From: Candidatus Bathyarchaeota archaeon
Lineage (GTDB): Archaea; Thermoproteota; Bathyarchaeia; 40CM-2-53-6
Direction: 5' to 3'
NCBI GenBank assembly: GCA_963726255.1
Contig: CAVSBL010000002.1
Location: forward strand, 192,001 to 256,000
DNA length: 64,000 nucleotides
Part shown: in pieces, positions 1-10,093 of the stretch
Numbering within the stretch: the first letter of the stretch is position 1
Layout of the letters: every line of letters begins with the position of its first letter
Position numbers and translations under genes: made by a program
Notes under the pieces: model-generated
The model's database searches: none
Told to the model about the DNA's origin: nothing
The model's input: only the letters and a program-made list of their open reading frames with translations

Positions 1-582
1 CAAGACGCGATGCAGGCCCTCATTGCGGGAGACATGGACTTAGCGGCACAGGTCGTTAAGATTGACGACGAAATAGACAGGTTCAGCCTCTACATAATCA
101 GGCAACTCAAATGGGCAGTGCAACATCTACCGCTACTGGAACGAATAGGCCTGAAATCTCCAGTCGAGTGCCTGGGGTACAGGATAATCACCAAAAGCGT
201 CGAGCGCTCAGCAGACCACGCCTGCCGAGTGGCGCAGAATTCACTGGCCCTAAACCATCCACTTGAACCTGCGGTTACAAAGGAGACTAATGCTCTTGCA
301 CAATTCTCGTACAAAGTGATGGAAAGCGCATTGCGCGCCCTTTTCTCGCATGACTATGAGCTTGCAGAGAAGACGCTCCTTGAGAAGGACAAGATGGCAG
401 TACTCGAATCTAAGCTTCTGGAACGCCTTGTTAAGGAGAGAATGCCTGCTGCTGATCTGTCTGCAACGACCCTGATCTCGGACAGCCTTAGGAGAATTGG
501 CGAGTACGCCAGCGATGTTGCGGAAGTTGTGCTAAATCTCACAGTGGTAGAAGCAACACAACAGAGTGCAAAGAAGCAATGA
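1..582 (+). CDS. PhoU-family phosphate uptake regulator (5'-truncated by window edge)
   Basis: Open frame from base 1; two PhoU-type repeats (DDEIDR...SVERSADHA; ESKL...SLRRIGEYASDVAE). Confidence 0.85.
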   Translation, partial: QDAMQALIAGDMDLAAQVVKIDDEIDRFSLYIIRQLKWAVQHLPLLERIGLKSPVECLGYRIITKSVERSADHACRVAQNSLALNHPLEPAVTKETNALAQFSYKVMESALRALFSHDYELAEKTLLEKDKMAVLESKLLERLVKERMPAADLSATTLISDSLRRIGEYASDVAEVVLNLTVVEATQQSAKKQ

Positions 583-904
583 TGCTATGGATGTAATGGA
601 ATCATATAGCTTACATGAATCGTAGCGACCACACAAATAGACCTCATATCCAGACAAAGCGTTTTGAAGGTGGTGAAGACATGAAAAAAGAAAAGCCAAG
701 ACGGATGTCAGAAGAGGAGACTTCTGCGGAACCCTATTTCTGGTTCCAAGAGTAGCCAAAATCAAACCGACTGATTCTCAGATAATTTGGCCTGCGTCTG
801 TCGAATCGATTCGTTTCATCTTTTCTGCTGATGGCCCACCGGTCCAAAGTGTTCTTGTTGATGCAGCACAGCCTTGATGCCTTGTCGAGCTCATCGCGAG
901 CCAT

Positions 905-3697
905 CTATGAAATCTTAGCTCTGTCCTTCAGAGCTTTCGTAAAGTATTTCCTGCCTTCTTCAATCAACAGCACCAAAGGCGCTAGACTGTAGAGCATAAC
1001 CCAATCCATCAAAGTGAGCGAAGCAGTGTGGAATAAGGGCTGAAGGAATGGAGCGTAGACTATTGAGACGAGGATGGCAAGTTGCGCCAATAAGCCAGGA
1101 AATAGCCACCGGTTTCTCAGAGGGTTGAGTCGAAAGGCAGACTCGGAGCTTGTCCGTGCGGAGAAGAAATTGCCAAGCTGACCTGCCATAATGCCTGCCA
1201 GGACTACTGTCGTCCCCTTGGCGTAAATCCACGGATCATTGACTGCCACCTGACCAAAGCTCCATCCTCCAGTCATCCAAGTGCGAAACGCCCACAGGAG
1301 AGTCCCAATCGATGCTATAACGCCAACATAAAGCGAGCGAAGCAGGACCGGAGCGTCAATCAGTCTGCTGCCCAGTCGTCTCGGCGGTCTTTTCATTACT
1401 CCAGGTTCTGGCGGTTCAAGGATTAGGGCTAACGATGGGAAGACATCCATCCCTAAGTCAATCGCGAGTACCTGTACTACTAGTAATGGTAATGGGACTT
1501 GGAGCAGCACGAATGCGACGAAGGTTACCAATTCTGCCCAATTGTGAGTGAAAACGTAGTACACGAATTTCTTCAGGTTATCGAACATGCCCCTTCCAAG
1601 TTTCACGCCTTCGACGATTGAGGCAAAGTTGTCGTCGAGCAAGACCATGTCTGCGGACTCTCTGGCGACATCTGTTCCACCGACCCCCATTGCGATCCCG
1701 ACCTCGGCCTCCATCAATGCAGGCGCGTCATTTACGCCGTCGCCTGTCACGGCTACTGTTTCTCCTTCAGCTTTGAGAGCCCTAACTACCCGTAGCTTCT
1801 GCTCCGGCGTCGTTCGCGCGAAGACGATTTCTCGTTTGTCGAGCACCTCGGACAATTCCTTGTCGGAGAGTGCTGATAGCTCGTGACCTGAAACCACTAG
1901 ATATTCCGGCGACGTGATGATTCCAATTCTCTTGGCAATCGACTCAGCCGTAAGCTCGTGATCTCCCGTTACCATGATTACGCGCATTCCCGCACTCCTA
2001 GCCTCAGATACAGCCGACTCGATCATTGGTCTGGGCGGGTCAAACAATGCCGCTAAGCCGAGAAACGTGAGGCTGTTCTCGACTGCTTCCGATGCAAACT
2101 CGGTCATCTCGTTGGGGAGGACTCGCATGGCCATTGAGAGGACTCTAAATCCTTCGGCTGCAAAATCATCGTACTGACGTTTCACTGCGCTTTTCTTATC
2201 ATCATCGAGTGGGACAGGTTCATTTTGTAGGAATATTGTCGAACATCTGGAGAGAAGTTCGTTGGGTGCTCCTTTGGTGTATGCGATTAGCGTGCCGTCA
2301 GGTGTCCTATGAATGCTTGTCATCAATCGCCTCTTTGAATCGAAGGGGATTAGCGCTACCCTGGGGTTCTGTGCTAGAGCTTCGCTTACGTTGAAGTCAC
2401 CTTTACCGGCGAACACTAGGAACGCGCCGTCTGTTGGATCGCCAAGCACGGTCCACCTGGGGATTCTGTCAGATGGCGCGTTCAGTTTGGCGTTGTTACA
2501 GAATGCTGCAACCTCAAAGAGTCTGTAGACGTGTGGTCGTTCGACGCTGTTAACTCTCCTGTTTTCGACAGTCACGAATCCCTCAGGACTATATCCGTCG
2601 CCAGTTACTTCAAACATCTCCCCATTGGCCCAGAGTTTCTTCACCATCATCTCGCCGCTTGTTATGGTGCCCGTCTTGTCGACGCACATCACCGTGGTCG
2701 AGCCAAGTGTCTCAACAGACGAGAGTCGTTTTACGACGACATTCTTCTTGGACATCGCGAGAGCCGTTAGGGCCAGGGATAATGAGACGGTGAGTTGGAA
2801 TCCTTCTGGTACTAGCGATACCATTACTCCGATCGCAAAGAGGAGGCTGTCGATCATCTGCAGGTTCACGAATATCTTGGCCACAAGAAAGAAGATCGCA
2901 GCGACCAAGATGGCGACAAGAGAATTGATCTTTGCAGTGTAGTCGATCTCTCTTTGGAGGGGACTTGGGGGTTCCTTTATTTCGCGAGATAGAGAGACTA
3001 TTTTGCCGAATTCTGTCTCCTTGCCCGTTTTGATGACGACACCTCTTCCAACGCCCGAGACGATTGTGGTTCCTGCGAAAACGATGGTCTGGTAATCGGT
3101 TGGGTTATCGACTGTGGCGCCTGGGGTCATTGTGGCGAAGCGTCGCTGAGGATCAGATTCCCCCGTCAACATGGAATTGTCAACAGAAACCTCGAACGCA
3201 TTCGTCAGTCTAACATCCGCGGGGACTCTGTCACCTTCCTCTAATGCGATGAGATCGCCGGGGACAATCTCGGCGACGTTGACTTCGTTCAGCTGGTGGT
3301 CTCTCATCACTTTAGCGTTGGCCGGGACCAGCTTGGAGATGGCTTGTACGGCTTGTTCTGCTCGGTACTCCTGAATCATGCTGAAGAATGAGTTCAGTAT
3401 CACGACGCCGAGAATCGCGAGCCCCATTGAGGTCGAGCCAGGGTCTCCGTAGTACCAGCCGGTCGCGAACGAGAGCAGTGAGGCTACGAGTAGCAGTACA
3501 TTGAATAAGTTCTTGAATTGAGCAAAGAACTTCTGTGCAGCGCTTACCTTCCTAGCTGAAGGAATGGCGTTCGGTCCGAATTTTCGGAGCCTTAACTTTG
3601 CTTGTTCGCTAGAAAGGCCTTCGGGGGTTGTTTCAAGTTCAGCAAGTAACCCCTCGGGGTCTGCGAAGGCTTCTCGGTCATATGGCAAGTTGTGCAC
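905..3697 (-). CDS. Cation-transporting P-type ATPase (type II, Ca2+/Na+/K+-like)
   Basis: 930 aa; TGES, PEGF, DKTGT phosphorylation site, KGAP, TGDH and TGDGVNDAPAL motifs; multiple TM helices. Confidence 0.95.
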   Translation of the reverse strand: MHNLPYDREAFADPEGLLAELETTPEGLSSEQAKLRLRKFGPNAIPSARKVSAAQKFFAQFKNLFNVLLLVASLLSFATGWYYGDPGSTSMGLAILGVVILNSFFSMIQEYRAEQAVQAISKLVPANAKVMRDHQLNEVNVAEIVPGDLIALEEGDRVPADVRLTNAFEVSVDNSMLTGESDPQRRFATMTPGATVDNPTDYQTIVFAGTTIVSGVGRGVVIKTGKETEFGKIVSLSREIKEPPSPLQREIDYTAKINSLVAILVAAIFFLVAKIFVNLQMIDSLLFAIGVMVSLVPEGFQLTVSLSLALTALAMSKKNVVVKRLSSVETLGSTTVMCVDKTGTITSGEMMVKKLWANGEMFEVTGDGYSPEGFVTVENRRVNSVERPHVYRLFEVAAFCNNAKLNAPSDRIPRWTVLGDPTDGAFLVFAGKGDFNVSEALAQNPRVALIPFDSKRRLMTSIHRTPDGTLIAYTKGAPNELLSRCSTIFLQNEPVPLDDDKKSAVKRQYDDFAAEGFRVLSMAMRVLPNEMTEFASEAVENSLTFLGLAALFDPPRPMIESAVSEARSAGMRVIMVTGDHELTAESIAKRIGIITSPEYLVVSGHELSALSDKELSEVLDKREIVFARTTPEQKLRVVRALKAEGETVAVTGDGVNDAPALMEAEVGIAMGVGGTDVARESADMVLLDDNFASIVEGVKLGRGMFDNLKKFVYYVFTHNWAELVTFVAFVLLQVPLPLLVVQVLAIDLGMDVFPSLALILEPPEPGVMKRPPRRLGSRLIDAPVLLRSLYVGVIASIGTLLWAFRTWMTGGWSFGQVAVNDPWIYAKGTTVVLAGIMAGQLGNFFSARTSSESAFRLNPLRNRWLFPGLLAQLAILVSIVYAPFLQPLFHTASLTLMDWVMLYSLAPLVLLIEEGRKYFTKALKDRAKIS

Positions 3698-3813
3698 CTA
3701 TTTGAGGGGTATCTCATGCTTTGTTGCCCTTTCGTTTCCGACCCATGATTTTCGCTGCTTTAAGATTTCCGTGGGCCTAGTGGTGCACCACCACACGGTG
3801 AGGTGGTTGTTGT

Positions 3814-4013
3814 TCTTTCCTGGATAGTGTGATAGTTGCTTCACTAGCGTTGATGGGGTTCGTAACGTACGAGCTATGGACCGCCGCCTTGGTGACGCAT
3901 TGACGATTCTTGTGGCCGCTGTTAATGCGCTATTGTTGATTCGTTTTCGCGTTAATTCCGGTTGGCTAGTCCCGGCAGGAGCGGTGATAGGGCTGGTGAG
4001 ATTTGCCGTTTGA
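3814..4013 (+). pseudogene. 3' fragment of a chromate-efflux (CHR/ChrA) transporter with a frameshift
   Basis: Reads SFLDSVIVASLALMGFVTYELWTAALV, then after a frame change near 3893 DALTILVAAVNALLLIRFRVNSGWLVPAGAVIGLVRFAV*; resembles the ChrA C-terminus; no 5' part present. Confidence 0.7.
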
Positions 4014-4400
4014 ATCGGTAGCATTAGCGGTGCGCGCACGCTTGGAGGTACCCCTAGAGGGGCGGGTCCCTTCTTGGGGTCAATCGGGGCTGATTTTGCG
4101 GTTTTCTGGTTGTGTCTGCAAGTGTAGTGGTACCAAATGGTCCCACCCTTCATCGGGTGGTCCCACCCCTGATGAACTAACTACAAGGTAGTCGGGGAGT
4201 GGAAGGTAAGATTCGGCACTAGCTGAATTCGAATACGAAGAACTATGCCTACTACTCTCTTTGCTTTTACGGCTGATGTCGCCAGAACGGCCTCTTTCTT
4301 TCTGCGAGTTCATTCTGATTGCGAATTGACGTTATCGTAAGGAGATTCGTTGTGTGTCCACACTGCAACGGCATTCGGTTACGGGGTGGGCTAAGTTTCG

Positions 4401-4799
4401 CTACTCTGTGGTTTGCCCGTCGAAGTGCTCTTCACTTGCCATGGCTTCTCCTTTCGTATGGCGGACCACACCATCCTTGTGTTCAGGTGGGGAGTAAATC
4501 GTGTAGAGTCTAAGGGTCGCTCGCTTAGAGGTATTGATTACATTATGTCTAGCGCCCGCGGGGACGATGATTCCGTTCCCGTCCCTAACACGGTGTTCTA
4601 CGCCGTCAATGACTACTTTTCCTTCTCCCCGTTCAAATCGAAAGAATTGATCGTGGTCCTCGTGTGTCTCTGCACCTATTTCTTCTGATGGTCTTAGGCT
4701 CATGAGTACGAGCTGACAGTGCTTCCCAGTATACAACACCCGCCGAAAATCTGCATTCTTCCTCGTCTCTTTCTCAATTTGAATTATGTATCCTTTCAT
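4401..4799 (-). CDS. Cupin-domain protein (mannose-6-phosphate-isomerase-like)
   Basis: FRRVLYTGKHCQLVLMSL..EEIGAETH...DQFFRFE..G and VPAGARHNV cupin motifs; likely start ATG at 4799. Confidence 0.88.
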   Translation of the reverse strand: MKGYIIQIEKETRKNADFRRVLYTGKHCQLVLMSLRPSEEIGAETHEDHDQFFRFERGEGKVVIDGVEHRVRDGNGIIVPAGARHNVINTSKRATLRLYTIYSPPEHKDGVVRHTKGEAMASEEHFDGQTTE

Positions 4800-5133
4800 T
4801 TTCTCACACTCATTCACGTACACCTCGTGTTCATGAATCTGTCGTATACGATGCATTCTTGAAAGGATCTAGAACTATGTCAAGAAACCAAGAGAAGGTC
4901 CTCATGAAAGCAGAATGATTCAACAGTAGGTTGGGGAGATGGTTGGCGCGCTACCATGCAAGCTATGATTTACTTCGCGATGAGGCGGCCAATTATCGTA
5001 AGCATGATGCCCAGCACGTACCCCCACGTCGATGAGACATACCCTTTGATCAATTCGTTGATTGGTATTCCTTGGTGCCACGCGAGGCTCATGATGATCA
5101 TGAAACCGAAGAGATTCATGGGGTGATTTCAAG

Positions 5134-5253
5134 ATGGCGAAGAAAAGTAGAGGAGGAAGAATGACTGCGGCTAAGAGGCGTGCCGCTAAGTCAGCTGGTG
5201 GACGCGGTCCTGTAAGAAAACGTCGAGCGGGCCGAAACATCATGAGAACTTAA
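5134..5253 (+). CDS. Small very basic protein (39 aa)
   Basis: MAKKSRGGRMTAAKRRAAKSAGGRGPVRKRRAGRNIMRT*; GGGGTGA SD-like motif 7 nt upstream; below ORF-track cutoff. Confidence 0.6.
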   Translation: MAKKSRGGRMTAAKRRAAKSAGGRGPVRKRRAGRNIMRT

Positions 5254-5485
5254 GCGTAAAGGGGCCTAGAATTGTTACAGACCCTTCCCTGAACGGATAT
5301 TCATTTTTTCGTAGTCCGGTAGACCAAACGGAGGCTTCACACAACCCAAATTCATGCAGGTCTATGATGCAAAAGAAAAAATGTACAGCCATTCAATGAA
5401 GGGGGCGGCCACCGGATGAGTTGAACCCAATCGGGAACAGAAACGTTTATCGGAGCAAGCTTCTGGTTTTACCAGCCGAAAGGTT

Positions 5486-5995
5486 TTGTCGGCTCAAGCG
5501 AAACAAGATATTAGAATCAGGCCGAGTCTTGTGCCGTTCGCTTGGAAAGGTTTTGTCGTAGTGTTATTGGGTATCGTGGTTTACGGTGTAAGCTTTGTCT
5601 TCATGTTTCCATTACCATCTGCTAATTCTCTCCTACGCTATGCAGGCTTGGCAGTGATTGGCATAGGTCTCCTGGGTGTGTTGATTGGTGCTGTTCGTAG
5701 GAACGCGTTCACGTATCTGATTACTGACTCTGATGTTGTTGTGAAGCGGCAGTTGTTGCGTCGTAGTGTTCGGCGCATTCCGTTCTCGTCTATTAGTGAT
5801 GTGCAGGTCTCGCAGAGTATTGTGGGTCGATTGGCGAGGTATGGGGACGTTGTTCCTGTGACAAAGAGTGGCTACGGCTTAGTTCGCGGGACGGAGCCTG
5901 GTGAAAACATAGTCGCAGAGATGGCCGACGTCCCGAACCCGGACAAGGTGGCTGATTTGGTCATGTCCAGATTACGCGCCAGCAAAGTCACTTAG
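5486..5995 (+). CDS. Membrane-flanked bacterial PH-domain protein
   Basis: Two N-terminal TM helices then YLITD...RRIPFSSISDVQVSQSIVGRL..YGDV bPH_2-like pattern. Confidence 0.8.
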   Translation: MSAQAKQDIRIRPSLVPFAWKGFVVVLLGIVVYGVSFVFMFPLPSANSLLRYAGLAVIGIGLLGVLIGAVRRNAFTYLITDSDVVVKRQLLRRSVRRIPFSSISDVQVSQSIVGRLARYGDVVPVTKSGYGLVRGTEPGENIVAEMADVPNPDKVADLVMSRLRASKVT

Positions 5996-6090
5996 CACCC
6001 GCGACCTTTGGATTATTGGCGACGGGAAAAGGGTACTTCTCTTTCATTCTAATTGTGTATTCGCACCTTTAGACCTGTGTGGGAGTATTA

Positions 6091-6275
6091 TGGTGCGGGG
6101 AGTGGGATTCGAACCCACGAAGGCCTACGCCACGGGATAGCTCACCCGCGCACGTGAACCCTCGCGCCGAGCGCGAATCTTGAGTGTAGCGCGCGTGGCC
6201 AAGCGTAGGCATTAGCATGCCGCACGCGTTCGCAGCACGCGACCCGCCCATTTGACCTGGCTCTGGTATCCCCGC
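6091..6275 (-). tRNA. tRNA-Leu(CAA) with two introns (30/31: 6186-6242; 37/38: 6139-6178), encoded CCA
   Basis: Removing both introns yields an 88-nt tRNA GCGGGGA...CGGGA-CTCAAGA-TCCCG, long variable arm, GTTCGAAT T-loop, ...CCCCGCACCA; both introns have BHB-type junctions. Confidence 0.92.
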
Positions 6276-6360
6276 ACCGGGAACCCATACAAACCTCTGC
6301 GCCAAATTAAAGTGATGTACAGACGCAAAAACTGTTTGAACGGATAGTTCTGAGACTGCC

Positions 6361-7017
6361 CTACAAGTAGATGTTTCCGGACGCTTGGTCGAAACTTATG
6401 TTAATCTTTTCTAACGGGTAAGGGGCTGGCCCCGCGAGGACTCGTGCATTGTTGCTTGGGTCGTAGATGGCACCGTGGCATGGGCACGAAATGTCCTGCG
6501 CGCTAGGGTCAAATTGGACCTGGCAACCAGCATGCGTGCATATTGCGCTGTAGGCCACGAATTGCCCATTCGTCAGGTGAATCAGGAGCATAGGTCCGTA
6601 TATCGGGTCGTTTAGCGTCAGCGATTGCCCCGACCGAATGTTGGCAGCGTTCGCCAGCAGCCGTTGCCCTGATTGCGGGCCGGGGTTCGATACGTACGAT
6701 GGTGTTTGGGCTTGGGGCGAGAAGAACGCAACTTTAACCCATAAGAGGAATGGCAGGGAAACCGCGGCTACGCCCAGTACATTTCGAAGGAAGTTCCGTC
6801 GTTCCCTCCGAAGCCTAACCTCCGGCGCGGTTCTAACTGCGTCAGCTCGGAATGCCGCACGCGACAGCAAAGCGGGAATTTTCGGTTTCGAAGCGTAGAT
6901 CGACGCAACAACGTCAGCTGAAACCTTTAGCTCATATTTCCGTGCTAGTGTCTCAGCGAACTTCTGCGCATTCTCTTCTTCTGCCAACTTAATCACTCGG
7001 TTTGTGGCTGCTGCCAA
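6361..7017 (-). CDS. Rieske [2Fe-2S] protein with internal twin-arginine/TM segment
   Basis: CTHAGC and CPCHG boxes; RRNFL followed by hydrophobic helix; exact start uncertain (7017/6996/6987). Confidence 0.88.
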   Translation of the reverse strand: MAAATNRVIKLAEEENAQKFAETLARKYELKVSADVVASIYASKPKIPALLSRAAFRADAVRTAPEVRLRRERRNFLRNVLGVAAVSLPFLLWVKVAFFSPQAQTPSYVSNPGPQSGQRLLANAANIRSGQSLTLNDPIYGPMLLIHLTNGQFVAYSAICTHAGCQVQFDPSAQDISCPCHGAIYDPSNNARVLAGPAPYPLEKINISFDQASGNIYL

Positions 7018-7790
7018 GTGTCTCTTTCTACCAGCGTCCGTAGGCCGTTCAGTATTTTGGCTGAGTCGTTTCGGTCCACGCCCACGCTGATGACGAAGGC
7101 TCGTACGAATTCGAGTATCGTCTGCGTTTCGTCATGCGAAACGAATTGCGAATCAATTCGGTCAAAGGCTCGGTTCACTTCAGCCACTTGCCTAGGGTAG
7201 AGTTTCGCCCTCTCGGGCGGTTGAATCCTAGTCTCGGGTGGTTCCATCTCCTGTTGGGCTGGCTCTGCAGCGACTGGTAACTGGACTGGAGCTGGGGCAA
7301 GCCATCGCAATTTGGGAGCGCGCTTGGCTATTGCTGCGTCTATGCTCAGGCCCTGTTGCGGACCTGCCAAGAGGAGCGTCAACCAGCACAGTACGAACAC
7401 TATGTCAGAACCGAAGTAGAACGGAAAAGCGTTCCACGTGGCTGAAAGGAAGAACGTGAAATTAAGCAACAGCCCTGCAAACGCTGCGATTCGGTAGAGA
7501 AATCCAAGCAGCACGGCAACCCCGATGAGTGATTCCCCTACCGCGACCATATACCCGAACATGACTGCATTTGGTGCAACGACGCCCAACAGGAAGTCAT
7601 GGATCGGGGATCCTACCGCGTATTGAGCAACGAGGTGTCCAATGTATCCAGGTTTCGAGGGGTCAAAGTACGATGGGTCTGTGAGGTGTTGTAGGCCAGC
7701 GTACAGGAAGGTTGCACCCATGAATATGCGTAGGGGGAGAATCAGGTTCGCGGGCAGACCCGGTAGTTGCCTCTTACCTGAGGCTTTCAA
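6993..7790 (-). CDS. DoxD/DoxX-family membrane protein (thiosulfate:quinone oxidoreductase DoxD-like)
   Basis: LPLRIFMGATFLYAGLQHL, GESLIGVAVLLG, FFLSATW..PFYFGSDI motifs. Confidence 0.8.
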   Translation of the reverse strand: MKASGKRQLPGLPANLILPLRIFMGATFLYAGLQHLTDPSYFDPSKPGYIGHLVAQYAVGSPIHDFLLGVVAPNAVMFGYMVAVGESLIGVAVLLGFLYRIAAFAGLLLNFTFFLSATWNAFPFYFGSDIVFVLCWLTLLLAGPQQGLSIDAAIAKRAPKLRWLAPAPVQLPVAAEPAQQEMEPPETRIQPPERAKLYPRQVAEVNRAFDRIDSQFVSHDETQTILEFVRAFVISVGVDRNDSAKILNGLRTLVERDTWQQPQTE

Positions 7791-7932
7791 TTCAGAATTC
7801 GAACCCCATCACCTAATGCCGACCGGCTGAGCATTCAGTACTTGATAAAGACCACTCCGGCAGTCGATACCGTCACGGCATGCTAGTTGAATCTAAATAT
7901 CTCCACGAAGAAATCCCGGCCTCTGACAGGAA

Positions 7933-8244
7933 TTGAGGCTAAGCAAACGTCGAATCAAACTCCAACTCGCAAAAACGAGCGGTTGGCGGCTTACGGGCAG
8001 GGAAATTTCAAGAGCATTTGTGTTCGAGGATTTCGCTCAGAGCATTCGGTTCGTATCCCGAATCGCAAAGTATGCTGAATCGATGAATCATCACCCAGAC
8101 ATCCTAATCCGATACAACAAAGTCCGCCTTACGCTGACAACGCATGACGAAGGCGGCTTAACGATGAAGGATTTCAGGTTAGCCCAGAAAATCAACAGAA
8201 TCGTGAAGTACCAGCCGCGAACTAGAGAAGTTCAATCTCGATAA
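7933..8244 (+). CDS. Pterin-4-alpha-carbinolamine dehydratase
   Basis: [10 protein letters not shown] and [12 protein letters not shown] motifs. Confidence 0.92.
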   Translation: MRLSKRRIKLQLAKTSGWRLTGREISRAFVFEDFAQSIRFVSRIAKYAESMNHHPDILIRYNKVRLTLTTHDEGGLTMKDFRLAQKINRIVKYQPRTREVQSR

Positions 8245-8530
8245 AGACTTTCTCAGGGGTCTGAATCCGCATCAACCGTTTGAGAAAACGTTCGTTCGGG
8301 TCCACGTCGATCAAGCGTTTGTGGATCCGCATTTCCCAACTATCCCATGTATGTGTCCCTTCGCCACATGGGCTCTTTCGCGTCGGCACCCAAAGCCTCT
8401 TAGTCGGGAGCGGAATGGGCCCGCGCAGTTTCACACCCGTGCGGTCGGCGATCTTCATGATCTCGCTGCAAATGCTGTTCAAGCCCTGCGGGTCAGTGCT
8501 TGAAAGCCGAATTCTTGCCTTGTTTGCCAA
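8222..8530 (-). CDS. rpsJ: 30S ribosomal protein uS10
   Basis: [27 protein letters not shown] archaeal S10 motifs; follows EF-1alpha. Confidence 0.97.
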   Translation of the reverse strand: MANKARIRLSSTDPQGLNSICSEIMKIADRTGVKLRGPIPLPTKRLWVPTRKSPCGEGTHTWDSWEMRIHKRLIDVDPNERFLKRLMRIQTPEKVFIEIELL

Positions 8531-8639
8531 CCGAGTCTTCCGTCCTTCTAGGTGCGAAACAGCTCCCTAGGCCGGTGGGGCCAATAAAAAGCGTTCGCTA
8601 GCCGGAGTGGACTTGAAAAATAAATTCGGCCTGAGAAGC

Positions 8640-9965
8640 TTACGCTTTCTTCTCAGGTATCTGCGCTTTCTGAGTGATCTCCTGAACTACGCCGACCGCG
8701 ATCGTGCTGCCCATATCGCGAATTGCGAACCGCCCAAGTTGCGGAATGTCGGAATATGATTCCACTGACAGCGGACGAAGCGGCTTTATCTTTACAAGGG
8801 CAGCGTCCCCAGTCTTTAAGAAGTCAGGCTTTTCTTGCGTGACTTGGCCGGAGCGCGCATCGATCTTCTGCAGCAGCTCGGTTAGGGTGGCTGAGGTGGT
8901 TGCCGTGTGCGCGTGAAGGACCGGTGTGTAGCCTGCAGCTATGGCGGTTGGGTGGAATACTACGATGATTCTGCCTATGAATTCGGCTGCAACCGTGGGT
9001 GGCTTGTTAGCGTGTCCCGCTACGTCGCCCCTGTGTATGTCCGTCTTTCCGATTCCCCTCACGTTGAAGCCAATGTTGTCTCCAGGGACGGCCTGTGGAA
9101 TCTTCGTGTGGTGGGTTTCAATGTCTTTGCATTCGCCTGTGGCGTTGGGTGGCATGAAGATGATGTTATCGCCAACCTTCATGACCCCTGTCTCAACCCG
9201 CCCTACTGGCACCGTTCCTATGCCAGTGATCGAGTAAACGTCTTGAACCGGAATCCGCAGAGGCTTGTCTGTTGGTTTCAGTGGCTCGGTGAATCCGTTC
9301 AACACTTCCAGTAATGTTGGGCCCTTGTACCAGGGCATCTTGGGTGACGGCTTCACGAGATTGTCGCCAAGCCACCCTGATACGGGGATGAATTTTATTT
9401 TTGATGTGTCGTACCCGACAACCTTCAGGAGGGCCTCCATTTCCTTACTGCACTCCTTGTACCTCTCCTCAGAATAGTTTGTTGTGGCGTCGTCCATTTT
9501 GTTGATGGCGACGGCTAGTTGGGCGACGCCTAAGGTTCGGGCTAGGTATGCGTGCTCTCGGGTCTGGCCTCCTGGGCCGACCCCGACTTCGAACTCGCCC
9601 TTCTTAGAGGACACGACGAGTATTGCAGCGTCGGCTTGGCTTGTGCCCGTAATCATGTTCTTGATGAAATCACGATGGCCAGGGGCGTCGATGATGGTGA
9701 AGAAGACCTTGTCGGTCTCGAATTTCTCGAACCTAAGGTCAATCGTGACACCACGTTCCCTCTCTTCCTTGAGCGTGTCGAGAACCCACGCGAACTTGAA
9801 AGTCTCCCCAGCTCCGAGTTTGTTTGACTCGTCAGCGTACTTGGCGATGGTCTTCTCGTCCACGTTCCCCGTATCAAAGAGTAGGTGGCCTGTCATCGTG
9901 CTCTTTCCATGGTCAACGTGACCGATGATGATCAGGTTCAGATGCGGCTTTTTGGCTGCAGACAT
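8640..9965 (-). CDS. tuf: Elongation factor 1-alpha
   Basis: [29 protein letters not shown] motifs. Confidence 0.98.
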   Translation of the reverse strand: MSAAKKPHLNLIIIGHVDHGKSTMTGHLLFDTGNVDEKTIAKYADESNKLGAGETFKFAWVLDTLKEERERGVTIDLRFEKFETDKVFFTIIDAPGHRDFIKNMITGTSQADAAILVVSSKKGEFEVGVGPGGQTREHAYLARTLGVAQLAVAINKMDDATTNYSEERYKECSKEMEALLKVVGYDTSKIKFIPVSGWLGDNLVKPSPKMPWYKGPTLLEVLNGFTEPLKPTDKPLRIPVQDVYSITGIGTVPVGRVETGVMKVGDNIIFMPPNATGECKDIETHHTKIPQAVPGDNIGFNVRGIGKTDIHRGDVAGHANKPPTVAAEFIGRIIVVFHPTAIAAGYTPVLHAHTATTSATLTELLQKIDARSGQVTQEKPDFLKTGDAALVKIKPLRPLSVESYSDIPQLGRFAIRDMGSTIAVGVVQEITQKAQIPEKKA

Positions 9966-10093
9966 GCTTCATCTTTCCAATTTGTCTGATGATTTGCTAG
10001 TCAAGACTGGCACCCGTATTTAAGGGTTAGAATATTACGAAAGAGGAAAAGTGCCCGGCCGGGGAATTTAGGAAAACCTTCGTCGGGATTTGA

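Noticed and set aside
734-904. 56-codon ORF abutting the ATPase stop
   Set aside because: No SD, motif or recognisable similarity; cannot be supported
3698-4153. 151-aa minus-strand ORF upstream of the P-type ATPase
   Set aside because: Antisense to the chrA-like remnant; composition not protein-like
4139-4226. Hammerhead ribozyme or C/D box sRNA around CTGATGA (4169) with hairpin and GGTCCCACCC repeat
   Set aside because: No GAAA core for a hammerhead; TGATGA...CTGA spacing is plausible but no convincing D'/C' boxes
4920-5243. 107-aa minus-strand ORF
   Set aside because: Shadow of the basic microprotein on the plus strand
6069-6305. 78-aa ORF
   Set aside because: Overlaps the intron-containing tRNA-Leu
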